Assembly: GCA_964521295.1 (NCBI GenBank)
Contig: CAZFRF010000001.1
Location: forward strand, 7,751 to 71,750
Direction of reading: 5' to 3'
From: an uncultured Gammaproteobacteria bacterium
Lineage (GTDB): Bacteria; Patescibacteriota; Microgenomatia; Levybacterales; UBA12049
Length of the DNA stretch: 64,000 nt
Shown: positions 47,947 to 57,025 of the stretch, one piece after another
How positions within the stretch are numbered: the first letter of the stretch is position 1
How the letters are laid out: each line of letters opens with the position of its first letter
Notes under the pieces: model-generated
What the model was told of the DNA's origin: nothing
What the model saw: the letters and a program-made list of their open reading frames with translations, nothing else
The model's database searches: none
Made by a program: the position numbers and the translations under genes

Positions 47947-47979
47947 TAAGGTTATTGCAAGTTTAAGTCCTACAGTATC

Positions 47980-49029
47980 ATGCAGATAAAAATTCCTAAA
48001 ATCATACAGGTTGGGTTAGTGGTAATTGTCATTAGTATAAGTGTAGGTGTATTCTATTTTTTAAATTCCCAAAAGATAAATAAGATATCCACACAGGTTA
48101 CTAATCAGGTAGCTACAAATTTAAATTTTCCTTTTTTTGAACTGACTATTCCTGGGCTAAGGCAAAAAAAGTATGAGAGTAAGCTGGGTAATCTTGAAAA
48201 ATATTCAACTGGTGTAAATTACACTGCTTATCTTACTTCCTATATTTCAGAAGGAAATAAAATTAATGGACTTCTTACTATTCCCAATGGTGAAAAACCA
48301 GTTGGTGGTTGGAAAGCGATTGTTTTTGTCCATGGATACATTCCACCCTCGCAATATTCAACAACCCAAAAATATGAGGCATATGTTGATTATTTAGCTA
48401 GAAATAACTTTGTAGTTTTTAAAATAGATCTAAGAGGGCATGGGGAGAGTGAGGGGCAAGCTAGAGGAGGTTATTATTCTCCTGATTATGTAATAGATAC
48501 TTTAAATGCCAGAGCTGCTTTGCAAAATACAGATTTTGTTAATCCCGAGCAAGTTGGTTTATGGGGACATTCTATGGCAGGAAACGTAGTTAGTAGGGCA
48601 ATAGCTGTTAAGACTGATATTCCTGCAGTTGTTATTTGGGGTGGTGCTGTTTATTCATATTCTGATATGCAAAAATATGGTATTTCCGATAATAGCTACA
48701 GGCCTCCGCAAGATGCAAATCGAAACACATCTTTTAGAGCAATGATTAATAATAAGTATGGTCAATTTGATCCAAGTAGCGAGTTTTGGAGCAAGGTTCC
48801 GATGACAAATTATCTAAATGATATTCAGGCTGCAATCTCATTAAATCATGCAATAGACGATGACGTTGTAGATATTGGTTATAGTCGGGATCTAAATGCA
48901 TTACTCGATAAAACCAATATTGTTCATGAGTTAAATGAATATCCAAGCGGAGGACATAATATTAGTGGAATATATTTCTCACAGGCAATGCAAAACACTG
49001 TTAATTTTTTTAATAAATATTTAAACTAA
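47980..49029 (+). CDS. Membrane-anchored alpha/beta hydrolase (S9 peptidase-like)
   Basis: TM helix, VHGY, DLRGHG, GHSMAG nucleophile elbow, DDDVV, GGH. Confidence 0.9.
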   Translation: MQIKIPKIIQVGLVVIVISISVGVFYFLNSQKINKISTQVTNQVATNLNFPFFELTIPGLRQKKYESKLGNLEKYSTGVNYTAYLTSYISEGNKINGLLTIPNGEKPVGGWKAIVFVHGYIPPSQYSTTQKYEAYVDYLARNNFVVFKIDLRGHGESEGQARGGYYSPDYVIDTLNARAALQNTDFVNPEQVGLWGHSMAGNVVSRAIAVKTDIPAVVIWGGAVYSYSDMQKYGISDNSYRPPQDANRNTSFRAMINNKYGQFDPSSEFWSKVPMTNYLNDIQAAISLNHAIDDDVVDIGYSRDLNALLDKTNIVHELNEYPSGGHNISGIYFSQAMQNTVNFFNKYLN

Positions 49030-49069
49030 GTTTATTTGACATTAATTTCTTAAAAGCTATAATATCTGC

Positions 49070-49495
49070 ATGAAATCCCCAGAAAGATATATGGATCCCA
49101 GATTCAATGATTTTACCGAAATGGCAGAGAGGGCGAATGTTTTATATAAGCAATCTCGGGCAGAAACGGGTAAAAATGATTTTAGAAGTCGATTTTTAGC
49201 AGAATCATCAGCTTGGTATGGAGAGCGAGCATTCGTACTAGCCAATCGATTTGGTATTGCAGATTTTATAAGTAATATTATTGCTAGAGACGCTCTCATT
49301 GCCTATTTCAATGCAGGTTTACCAGCTGAGGTTTTAAGATTTGGAAATTTTGCAAAAGAAGCAGTTGGAGATACTTTATTTACAAAAAGCATTGAACCAT
49401 ACTTAAATGCATCTATTGGCAATTTGCCTCCAGGGATTTCTCGAGTTGTTGCTTCTACGGGAGTAAAGCATCCACTATCTCCAACTTTACTTTAA
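49070..49495 (+). CDS. Hypothetical protein
   Basis: Promoter TTGACA-N16-TATAAT ends 6 nt before the ATG. Confidence 0.72.
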   Translation: MKSPERYMDPRFNDFTEMAERANVLYKQSRAETGKNDFRSRFLAESSAWYGERAFVLANRFGIADFISNIIARDALIAYFNAGLPAEVLRFGNFAKEAVGDTLFTKSIEPYLNASIGNLPPGISRVVASTGVKHPLSPTLL

Positions 49496-49540
49496 GATTA
49501 GTTGACAATATTTTGGATGAGTATATAATTCAAATTTAAT

Positions 49541-49834
49541 ATGGCGGAAATTATTAGACGAGGAAAAGGAATATTGCCAAGGCGAGAAATTGGATCTGGA
49601 GGCGATTTGTCTCGACCACAGATAAAATTTACTAGGCTTTTAGGTTTTACGCAGGATGATCTCAGGTTAATAGGTGGTGGAGATTTAGCCGTTGGAGTAG
49701 CGAGGTATTTTGAGGAAATGAATCGATTGCTGCAAGCTGGCGAATTAACTTCGGGTGGAAGAATATTTGGTGCAGAATTAGATGCATTAAGGTCTAATCT
49801 TATACCTCCAGTCATTAAAGACGTAGAAAATTAA
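49541..49834 (+). CDS. Small hypothetical protein
   Basis: Promoter TTGACA-N16-TATAAT upstream; 97 aa. Confidence 0.65.
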   Translation: MAEIIRRGKGILPRREIGSGGDLSRPQIKFTRLLGFTQDDLRLIGGGDLAVGVARYFEEMNRLLQAGELTSGGRIFGAELDALRSNLIPPVIKDVEN

Positions 49835-49933
49835 TCTTTATAGTTTTTCTTCTTATCTCTTTCTTACAATTGTTTAATTTCAGTTTTACTCATGCAGTAT
49901 AGAGTGTATTTATGATGAAAGGAGGTGGGATAA

Positions 49934-50134
49934 ATGTTAGATAATTCTAATCTACAACAAAATGATTCTGATTTGGATACCAGAGCGGACAAAAGAGGTT
50001 TTGCTTCAATGGATCCGGATAGGCAAAGAGAGATCGCCTCAAAAGGAGGAAAAGCATCCCATAGAAGCGGTAATGCGCATGAATGGGATAGCGCTGAAGC
50101 CAAAGAAGCGGGCCGAAAAGGCGGAAGCCGCTAG
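49934..50134 (+). CDS. KGG-repeat general stress protein (Con-10/YciG/GsiB-like)
   Basis: RGFASMDPDRQREIASKGGKA...EAGRKGG; SD AAGGAGGTGG. Confidence 0.92.
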   Translation: MLDNSNLQQNDSDLDTRADKRGFASMDPDRQREIASKGGKASHRSGNAHEWDSAEAKEAGRKGGSR

Positions 50135-50157
50135 TTTTAGCTAATTTATGCTGGGGC

Positions 50158-50679
50158 CTATGGAGTCATTTGTTCCATAGGCGAATTCATTAATAACTTA
50201 TTTACAAACTTCTGATTAACATTTTTATTTGATAAGAAAGCTGAGAAAATAGCACACGTTTTAAGTAAGGAGTTATTTATGAGATTTAAGTCACTATTAT
50301 CAATTTCTACAAAGATATTAAATACACCGTAAGGATCTTTTTTCCAGTTCCATGAAGTATTTCCGGAAAAAGTTGCTTCGTTTTGACCGTGTAAAATTTT
50401 TTCCTCACAGAGTTTTTCTAGTAAAATATGCTCAAATAGATGACCAAGTTCAGTGTTAGCGATTTCAATATTAAAAGGTAAATTTTCCGCATTATAGCAA
50501 TCGGATTGGAGGATAGTGGGTAGATTATTTTTAAAGTAAGAATATGTATGAAGTAATTTTTGAGTATTCACATATGGAGTAAGCATTATGAGTTTAATTG
50601 CGATACTATTGCCTTTTATTTTTAATTCCAGTTTATAATTATCAAATAAAATCATGTTAACTTCTAACATTATAAACAT
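50158..50679 (-). CDS. Stand-alone cyanophycin synthetase N-terminal-like domain
   Basis: LPTI...C-x18-GHLFEHILLE and G.T motifs resemble the CphA1 N domain (C-x19-HxxEH). Confidence 0.65.
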   Translation of the reverse strand: MFIMLEVNMILFDNYKLELKIKGNSIAIKLIMLTPYVNTQKLLHTYSYFKNNLPTILQSDCYNAENLPFNIEIANTELGHLFEHILLEKLCEEKILHGQNEATFSGNTSWNWKKDPYGVFNIFVEIDNSDLNLINNSLLKTCAIFSAFLSNKNVNQKFVNKLLMNSPMEQMTP

Positions 50680-50754
50680 ATAAAATTTACAAATGCAAGC
50701 TCAGCAGTAGATATTATAGGTTATTGTCGAGTTGTATATTTTTATGAAATAAAT

Positions 50755-50782
50755 TTGACTTTAAGCCTATAAGTGCTAAAAT
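50755..50782 (+). promoter_or_regulatory. Promoter TTGACT-N16-TAAAAT (extended -10) of the T-box/ppcA transcript
   Basis: The predicted start site (about 50788) coincides with the first base pair of T-box Stem I. Confidence 0.7.
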
Positions 50783-50787
50783 ACTGA

Positions 50788-50968
50788 AGGCTAAGATGAC
50801 ATGACAAGTCGGAGCTCTAGGAAGAAAAGCAAATCTGCTAATTAGAACCTAGCGGGAAGTTCCCGAAATAGAACATAAGCGCAAAAAACGCTAGATTATA
50901 AAGTAAGGTGGTACAGCGTAAATCGCCCTTACAAGATACTAAAATTTGGTATTTTGTGAGGGTTTTTT
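50788..50968 (+). ncRNA. T-box riboswitch with ultrashort Stem I, probable Asp (GAC) specifier
   Basis: Stem I GGC-TAAGAT-GAC[ATGACAA]GTC-GGA-GCT; Stem II CTAGG-AAGAA...TAGAA-CCTAG; IIA/B CGGG[AAGTT]CCCG with GTTC/GAAC; Stem III AGCG/CGCT; antiterminator AAGG-TGGTACA-GCG[TAAAT]CGC-CCTT. Confidence 0.88.
50926..50968 (+). terminator. Intrinsic terminator of the T-box leader
   Basis: CCCTTACAAGATAC (50926-50939) pairs with GTATTTTGTGAGGG (50949-50962), followed by T6. Mutually exclusive with the antiterminator. Confidence 0.85.
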
Positions 50969-50971
50969 ATT

Positions 50972-52480
50972 ATGAAAAAAAGAAAGATTCCAGCGACAAT
51001 GGTAACGCAGCATCCTGATCATGCTTCTAAACCGTATTGGCATTATAGGGCATATATAACGACCGAATACGAATCAAAAGAGGCTTATTTGTCGTTTGCT
51101 GAGTTAAATGCAACTGAATACAAGTGGGATTGGGAAGGTAAATTAGTTGATGAATCTGTTGTTGAAAGGTTTTTTGGAGAGCATTTTGAGTACTTCTCAA
51201 AAAATCCATTAGGAGAAGAAAAATTCTTAACCTTTAGGCTTCCAAATCCAAGAGTCGAAACAGAATTTAGGCTTTTAAGAGCGTTTATTAATATGGCCAG
51301 TGCTGGTTCAGTTGCTAAGCATTTTGGATTTACTAAGCCACCAATTTTTGAAGTAATTTTGCCCTTAACAGAAACTGCTGAGGAGATGTTGTCTTTGCAA
51401 GAAGCATTTGCCCAGATTCATAGTTTAAAACATCCCTTATTTAGATTAGAAGGTTTTTTAACCAATTTAAGAGTTATACCGCTTTTTGAAGATGTAACTA
51501 CTATTATTAATTCAGATAAAATCTTAGAAAAATATTTAAAGATATATAAAAAAAGGTTTAAAAAACTCCCTCCATATATGAGGCCATATGTAGCAAGATC
51601 TGATCCGGCTTTAAACAGTGGGTTAATTCCAACAGTTTTAGCGATTAAGATTGCCTTATCTCGTTTTAAAAAGCTGGAGAAAAAATTAAAAATTCCACTT
51701 TATCCTGTTATAGGTGCTGGGAGTTTGCCTTTTAGAGGTGGGATAAATCCAGAAAGTGTTGTTGATTTTGCAAATGAATATAAAGGTATAAGAACTGTAA
51801 CTATTCAGAGTGCTTTTAGATATGATTACCCTTTGCCAAAAGTTAAGGCCGCAATTGAATATTTAGAAACTAATTTAGTAAAACAAAAAGCAATAAATAT
51901 TTCTGAAAAAGAAGAAAAAGAGTTGCTTGGTTTAATAAGTGAGGGAAGTAAGCTTTATAAAAATTTAATTTCTGAAATAGCTCCAATAGTTAATTTAGTT
52001 TCCCAATATATTCCTCAGCGAAGAGAGAGATTTCAACATATTGGTTTGTTTGGATATTCTAGAGGAGAAAAAGGTGTGAAGTTGCCTAGAGCAATCTCAT
52101 TTACTGGTTCAATGTATTCATTAGGCATACCTCCGGAACTATTAGCCAGCGGTAAGTTAATCGAATATGCAATCAAAACTAAGAAAATCAAAGTTTTGGA
52201 AAAATATTATGTAAATATGCAAAAAGATTTAATAAAGTCTGGAAAGTATTTGAATAAAGAAAATTTAGTAATTCTTTCTCATAAATCATTAGTATTTAGC
52301 GAGATTTTAGAAAGTGTAGACTTAATTGAAAAATATTTAGGTAAAAAATTAGGTCCAACTACAATTTCAGAAAAAAAACATTCTTTATTATCTAAGAAGC
52401 TGTTGGAAAATGTTAAAAATAAGGAGTTAGCTAAGAAATATCTAAAGCAAGCAGCTCGATTAAGAAGGAGTATGGGTTAA
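50972..52480 (+). CDS. ppcA: Archaeal-type phosphoenolpyruvate carboxylase
   Basis: IPATMVTQHPDH, WDWEGK, LTFRLPNP, IPLFED, ARSDPALNSG, GSLPFRGG, TIQSAFRYD, GLFGYSR, LPRAISF. Confidence 0.95.
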   Translation: MKKRKIPATMVTQHPDHASKPYWHYRAYITTEYESKEAYLSFAELNATEYKWDWEGKLVDESVVERFFGEHFEYFSKNPLGEEKFLTFRLPNPRVETEFRLLRAFINMASAGSVAKHFGFTKPPIFEVILPLTETAEEMLSLQEAFAQIHSLKHPLFRLEGFLTNLRVIPLFEDVTTIINSDKILEKYLKIYKKRFKKLPPYMRPYVARSDPALNSGLIPTVLAIKIALSRFKKLEKKLKIPLYPVIGAGSLPFRGGINPESVVDFANEYKGIRTVTIQSAFRYDYPLPKVKAAIEYLETNLVKQKAINISEKEEKELLGLISEGSKLYKNLISEIAPIVNLVSQYIPQRRERFQHIGLFGYSRGEKGVKLPRAISFTGSMYSLGIPPELLASGKLIEYAIKTKKIKVLEKYYVNMQKDLIKSGKYLNKENLVILSHKSLVFSEILESVDLIEKYLGKKLGPTTISEKKHSLLSKKLLENVKNKELAKKYLKQAARLRRSMG

Positions 52481-52481
52481 T

Positions 52482-53225
52482 ATGAATACTGAATGGGAAA
52501 GACATAAAAGAGCAGGAAGAATAATCGGAGGATTAGGCCGAAATGCAGATGTTCCGCCTCCACATAGTAGTCAGGGATGGGAGATTGGTGGTTCAAGCAT
52601 TAAAGTTGATGGTACTCATTTTCCATTGAGAAGGGGTATGCTTGAGATGGAGCTAGTAACAAAACCGGAAATATCGAAAATTAATTGGCTGGGAATAATG
52701 CCAAATATGCTTATGCCTGGCCATGGTGGAGAATACACGGTATATGGATTAGGCTTTCTTTTGGGAGAGCTACCTGCAAAGTTTACCTGCGGAACTCCTG
52801 ATATAAAAAAAATAATTGCTGAATATAGAGAAGGATCAAGTATAGAAATGGGTTTTAGAGATGGGGAAGAGAGGCAATACGATTTAAAGCATCAAAGAGA
52901 CCAGATGTTTTTTGCCATGGATTTTGCAACACCTGGTCAGGAAGATCATGTCTCTAGATTAACAATGAGAGGAAGAAATATTGGCGGTAATCCAAGCGCA
53001 TATACTTTAGACGTTCGATATCCAGATGAGGCTCTCGAAGGTGTAAGCGTATCGCTTTCCATTATTAATAGTCCTTTGAGTTATTTAAATTGGAATCCTA
53101 ATTTATTGCAATGGATTATTGAGCATCATTATTACAGTGGTCATGTAGAAAATCCTGCACTTTCTGCATTAGGTCTAGCTCCGTTAGTGCAGCAGGAAGT
53201 AAGAGCTGCGGTTAAAAACAAATAA
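52482..53225 (+). CDS. Hypothetical protein, paralog of 47134..47946
   Basis: Shared blocks as described for 47134; ATG 1 nt after the ppcA stop. Confidence 0.75.
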   Translation: MNTEWERHKRAGRIIGGLGRNADVPPPHSSQGWEIGGSSIKVDGTHFPLRRGMLEMELVTKPEISKINWLGIMPNMLMPGHGGEYTVYGLGFLLGELPAKFTCGTPDIKKIIAEYREGSSIEMGFRDGEERQYDLKHQRDQMFFAMDFATPGQEDHVSRLTMRGRNIGGNPSAYTLDVRYPDEALEGVSVSLSIINSPLSYLNWNPNLLQWIIEHHYYSGHVENPALSALGLAPLVQQEVRAAVKNK

Positions 53226-53226
53226 T

Positions 53227-53538
53227 TTATCTTAAGAAAAAAAGAAGTCCCAGAGAAAAGAGGGTAAAGATAAACATGAATAAAAAAGTATAGACTAGTA
53301 GATAAATTGCTTCTTTTTTCTTTCCATCAATATACATCAATACAGGTTTCCCCAATACTAAAAAAGAAGTAAGACCTGCTGAGAAGACAAAAAGCATCAA
53401 TAGGGCAATGGGTGCAAGAAAAACATTTGCTTTTCCTAATTTAATACTTCCTGCATAGAATATAAAAAGACCAATTGCATATACATATAAAGTGGTAAGA
53501 AGTGAGTTGAGAAGAGCCCATTTCCAGATTCTATTCAT
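53227..53538 (-). CDS. Small membrane protein (3 TM)
   Basis: Three hydrophobic helices; LLMLFVFSA...LVLGKP. Confidence 0.8.
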   Translation of the reverse strand: MNRIWKWALLNSLLTTLYVYAIGLFIFYAGSIKLGKANVFLAPIALLMLFVFSAGLTSFLVLGKPVLMYIDGKKKEAIYLLVYTFLFMFIFTLFSLGLLFFLR

Positions 53539-53621
53539 GGATTAAGTATACCATTTAATTGCAAGTTTTAATTGACACTGAATTTCAAAAGGAGTAATCT
53601 CAGGTGAGAGGAGGTGAGATT

Positions 53622-53792
53622 ATGAAGCAGCAAGCAAGTAGTGGAGCCATTTATGGAACTGGAGTAATTGGTGCATTAATATATTTTTTAACTCATGCCC
53701 AAGGTTTTCAGGGAATGATTTTTGGTATTATCCAAGCATTTTTTTGGCCAGGAGTATTAGTATATAAAGCTTTAGAACTTTTAAAAATATAA
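53622..53792 (+). CDS. Small two-TM membrane protein
   Basis: Promoter TTGACA-N17-TAATCT, SD AGGAGGTGA, ATG 53622; GAIYGTG.IGALIYF...AFFWPG.LVY. Confidence 0.8.
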   Translation: MKQQASSGAIYGTGVIGALIYFLTHAQGFQGMIFGIIQAFFWPGVLVYKALELLKI

Positions 53793-53831
53793 AAGTTGAC
53801 AGAGTAAGCTATATATGTCTTACTAAATTAA

Positions 53832-56800
53832 ATGGAAGAGAATCCATCAAAATTGAATTTATTTTTTTCGCAGGTAAAGTCTTTTTTTACTTCGAATAGT
53901 CTTTTATTTAAATTCCTCCCGGTTCTAGTTTTAGGTTTAGCCATTCCTGCGACAGTATATTTATCTCAACAACAACAAAGTATTCGAAACTTTGCAGCTG
54001 AGACAGTTAAGCCAGAAGTTAAAAAAGAACCAGAATTTTTCGGATACATTGTTGAATTTAAGTCTCAGCCATCAGTTAAATCTACTGCAGGTAAATTAAC
54101 ATCTAAATTAGTCGATAACGATTCAATTGCGTCTTTAAGGAACGCAAACACCTCTTTATTAAGGGAGCATCAGGAAATTAAAAAAGATCTTTTAGCAAGA
54201 ATAGGAAAAAATTCTTTTGACTTAGATAAGATAAAAAAAGGAGATAAGAAAGTTAAATTACTTGGGGAATATACAACTTCTTTTAATGGTATAGCAATTG
54301 ATGCTGATGAGGATCAAATTGCAAAAATTAAAAGTTCTCCACAAGTTAAAGCAGTCCATAAAAATTATGCAGTAAAGGCAAATTTAATGGATTCGGTGCC
54401 ACTTATTGGAGTAGATAGAGTTTGGCAGTCTGTCAAAGATAAAATCGATGGCAGTCCTGTAACGGGTAAGGGAATAAACATAGCTGTTTTAGATTCAGGA
54501 GTGGATTATGCTCATCCTGATTTGGGCGGAACGAATCTACAGGAGAGAAATTTTATAAAAATTAATAATACTCCTGTTAAAACAATTGCAAGTGTCATGG
54601 AGGAACAATTATTTTCTTATGACGGAGACAAGGTTGCTTATTCTTCGGGAAACAATAAGGTTTCTATTTATTCATTCTCTACAGGTAAAACCCAAACAGT
54701 AGACGTAGAAACAAATCTTTCTGGATCTGGAATTACAACTCTTCTTTTAAGAGGTGATAATTTATTTATAAACTTTTTATATTCTGGTCCCGGGAGCGCA
54801 ATTTATTATAAAAATTTAACCACAGGTGAATTTAAAAAAGTAACTAATATTACTTCTGCAGATGGTTATTTGCCGATAAGTTCCAGAATGAATTATTATA
54901 ATGGAAAACTTTATTATGAAAATAATCCTGGTACGCTTTCAGAAGAAGGAACTTCCTTGCAAAGCATCTATTCTTATGATGTTGCAACTTCAACTAATTC
55001 ACTTCTTATTGATGTTCAATCACATGGTTTCGTAATGCTTGATATATCAGGCGATAAATTAATCTATAGAAAAGGTTTAGGTGGATACGATAATCCAAAT
55101 AGAGTTATAGTTTACAATCTTTCTTCTGGAGTAAGTCAAGAGTTACCAATGCAAAATGTAAGGCGAGTACAGGATATAAAAGGAGATTATATTTTATACA
55201 ATGAGTACGCTTACGGAGATAGATATCATTATTATAATATTGTAACTAGAGAAGATAAAGTTATTGAATATCCAAATCTAACTCAATATCAAAACTCCCA
55301 AGTTTCAGATAATAATACTCAAAATGTAGGTTTTAAGTTTGATAGTGGTAATTTAGGATCAATCGGTGACGGAATAATCTTTTTTGAAAAAACAAGGAAT
55401 GAAGAATTAATAGCTGCATATGATTTGTCTCTAAATCGTTATGTAATCTTAAATTTAAAATTACCCATTAAAACAATTCAAGTACAAGGAAAAAAGATGT
55501 GTTTTTCTACAGAGACACAATTTGATGCATTTAGCACTTCTAATATTTATTGTCATGATTATGATGCTTCTTTTGCCTATCCTATGCCTGCGAATGTTTT
55601 CAACACCAAGGTTGTAGGTGGTTATAATTTTATTGAAAATAACAATAATCCTCTAGATGATAATATGCATGGTACTCATGTTTCAGAAATAATTGCTGGA
55701 AATGGGGCTCTTAAGGGAATTGCGCCAGACGCAAAAATTGTTGCATATAAAGTATTAAATAAAGGAGGAGTTGGAAGTTTTAGCGATATAATTTCAGCTT
55801 TAGATAGGGCTATTGCAACAAGAACAGATTCTGATTCGAATAATGATATTGATGTTATTAATTTAAGTTTGGGTGGATATTGTTCAATTCCGTATACAGC
55901 AGATTGTGGTCCAGAAGATCCAGCTTCAACTGCGGTGAATAATGCTGTTGATGCGGGGATAGTAGTCGTCGTTGCTGCCGGTAATGATGGTCCACTTGCA
56001 AGTACAATTGGAACTCCTGGATTAGCTGAAAAAGCTATTACAGTTGGAGCAGTTGATAAGAAAAAAGAAGTTACTAGTTTTAGCTCTCGAGGTCCGGTAA
56101 TTTTAAACGGTCATAATTTTCACAAGCCAGATATTCTAGCTCCAGGTAAAGAAATTTGTTCTGCAACTCTATACGGGTTTGGTTTTTATCCGTCTAAAAC
56201 TTGTGCACCTGGAAGTTATATTTCAATGAGCGGCACAAGTATGGCAGCTCCCCATATTGCTGGTATTGCAGCTTTGATTTTACAGTTGCATCCAGATTGG
56301 ACGCCGCAACAAGTAAAAGATGCTATAAAAAATAGCGCAGATGACCTACATCTTGGGGAAGATATGCAGGGAGCAGGTTTGGTCAATACTCTTAAAATAT
56401 TTAACGCTCAAACTTCATCACCAACACCTACGCCTGAGCTTAAAATAACAAGAATAGTTGCAAATCAAGATGCTTATGTAAATAAAAATACTCCAAGTAA
56501 GAATTTTGGAAAAACTAATACGCTTTTACTAGACAATAATCCACGAAGTATAGGATATTTAAAATTTGATTTAACTAAACTCGCTGGAAAGCAGATTAAA
56601 AGTATAAAACTTGTTTTAACAGTTTCAAAAAATTCAGCTTCATATAAAAATGGTGGGGCAGATATTTATGTAACAAGTAATAATTGGCAAGAGGCTAAGA
56701 TTAATTTTAATAATAAACCTGCACTCGGAACATATGTATATCGTTACATTAATTTAGTAAAAAGTAATACTTCTTTTACGCTTAATTTGACAAATGAATT

Positions 56801-56927
56801 GAAGCAATATGCAGGACAAGTATTATCACTATCTTTAAGTCCTGTTTATAATTTTAATCCTGGTTTGTATGTAAATTCTTCTGAAGCAGTAACTGGAAAG
56901 CCTACTTTAATTATTGAATATCGATAA
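53832..56927 (+). CDS. S8 subtilisin-like serine protease with I9 propeptide, internal beta-propeller-like insertion and C-terminal DNRLRE/CBM96-like domain
   Basis: VAVLDSGVD (Asp), HGTHVS (His), AAGN, SGTSMAAPH (Ser); C-terminal DAYVN...YLKFDL...P.L.IEY. Confidence 0.92.
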   Translation: MEENPSKLNLFFSQVKSFFTSNSLLFKFLPVLVLGLAIPATVYLSQQQQSIRNFAAETVKPEVKKEPEFFGYIVEFKSQPSVKSTAGKLTSKLVDNDSIASLRNANTSLLREHQEIKKDLLARIGKNSFDLDKIKKGDKKVKLLGEYTTSFNGIAIDADEDQIAKIKSSPQVKAVHKNYAVKANLMDSVPLIGVDRVWQSVKDKIDGSPVTGKGINIAVLDSGVDYAHPDLGGTNLQERNFIKINNTPVKTIASVMEEQLFSYDGDKVAYSSGNNKVSIYSFSTGKTQTVDVETNLSGSGITTLLLRGDNLFINFLYSGPGSAIYYKNLTTGEFKKVTNITSADGYLPISSRMNYYNGKLYYENNPGTLSEEGTSLQSIYSYDVATSTNSLLIDVQSHGFVMLDISGDKLIYRKGLGGYDNPNRVIVYNLSSGVSQELPMQNVRRVQDIKGDYILYNEYAYGDRYHYYNIVTREDKVIEYPNLTQYQNSQVSDNNTQNVGFKFDSGNLGSIGDGIIFFEKTRNEELIAAYDLSLNRYVILNLKLPIKTIQVQGKKMCFSTETQFDAFSTSNIYCHDYDASFAYPMPANVFNTKVVGGYNFIENNNNPLDDNMHGTHVSEIIAGNGALKGIAPDAKIVAYKVLNKGGVGSFSDIISALDRAIATRTDSDSNNDIDVINLSLGGYCSIPYTADCGPEDPASTAVNNAVDAGIVVVVAAGNDGPLASTIGTPGLAEKAITVGAVDKKKEVTSFSSRGPVILNGHNFHKPDILAPGKEICSATLYGFGFYPSKTCAPGSYISMSGTSMAAPHIAGIAALILQLHPDWTPQQVKDAIKNSADDLHLGEDMQGAGLVNTLKIFNAQTSSPTPTPELKITRIVANQDAYVNKNTPSKNFGKTNTLLLDNNPRSIGYLKFDLTKLAGKQIKSIKLVLTVSKNSASYKNGGADIYVTSNNWQEAKINFNNKPALGTYVYRYINLVKSNTSFTLNLTNELKQYAGQVLSLSLSPVYNFNPGLYVNSSEAVTGKPTLIIEYR

Positions 56928-57025
56928 TTTTCTTAATTTGATTTTACTTTAATATTATTTTATTCCTATTTTTGCCTATTAAGATTAATTAATGATTAAA
57001 AAGTTTTTACTAAATCCAAGAATAA

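Noticed and set aside
49057-50144. Minus-strand ORFs 49057..49299, 49498..49815, 49864..50103 and alternate-frame 49962..50144
   Set aside because: The plus-strand ORFs have promoters, SD or family motifs, so these are shadows.
56928-57025. Very AT-rich intergenic stretch as a possible ncRNA or origin
   Set aside because: No stable structure, DnaA-box cluster or repeats are visible.
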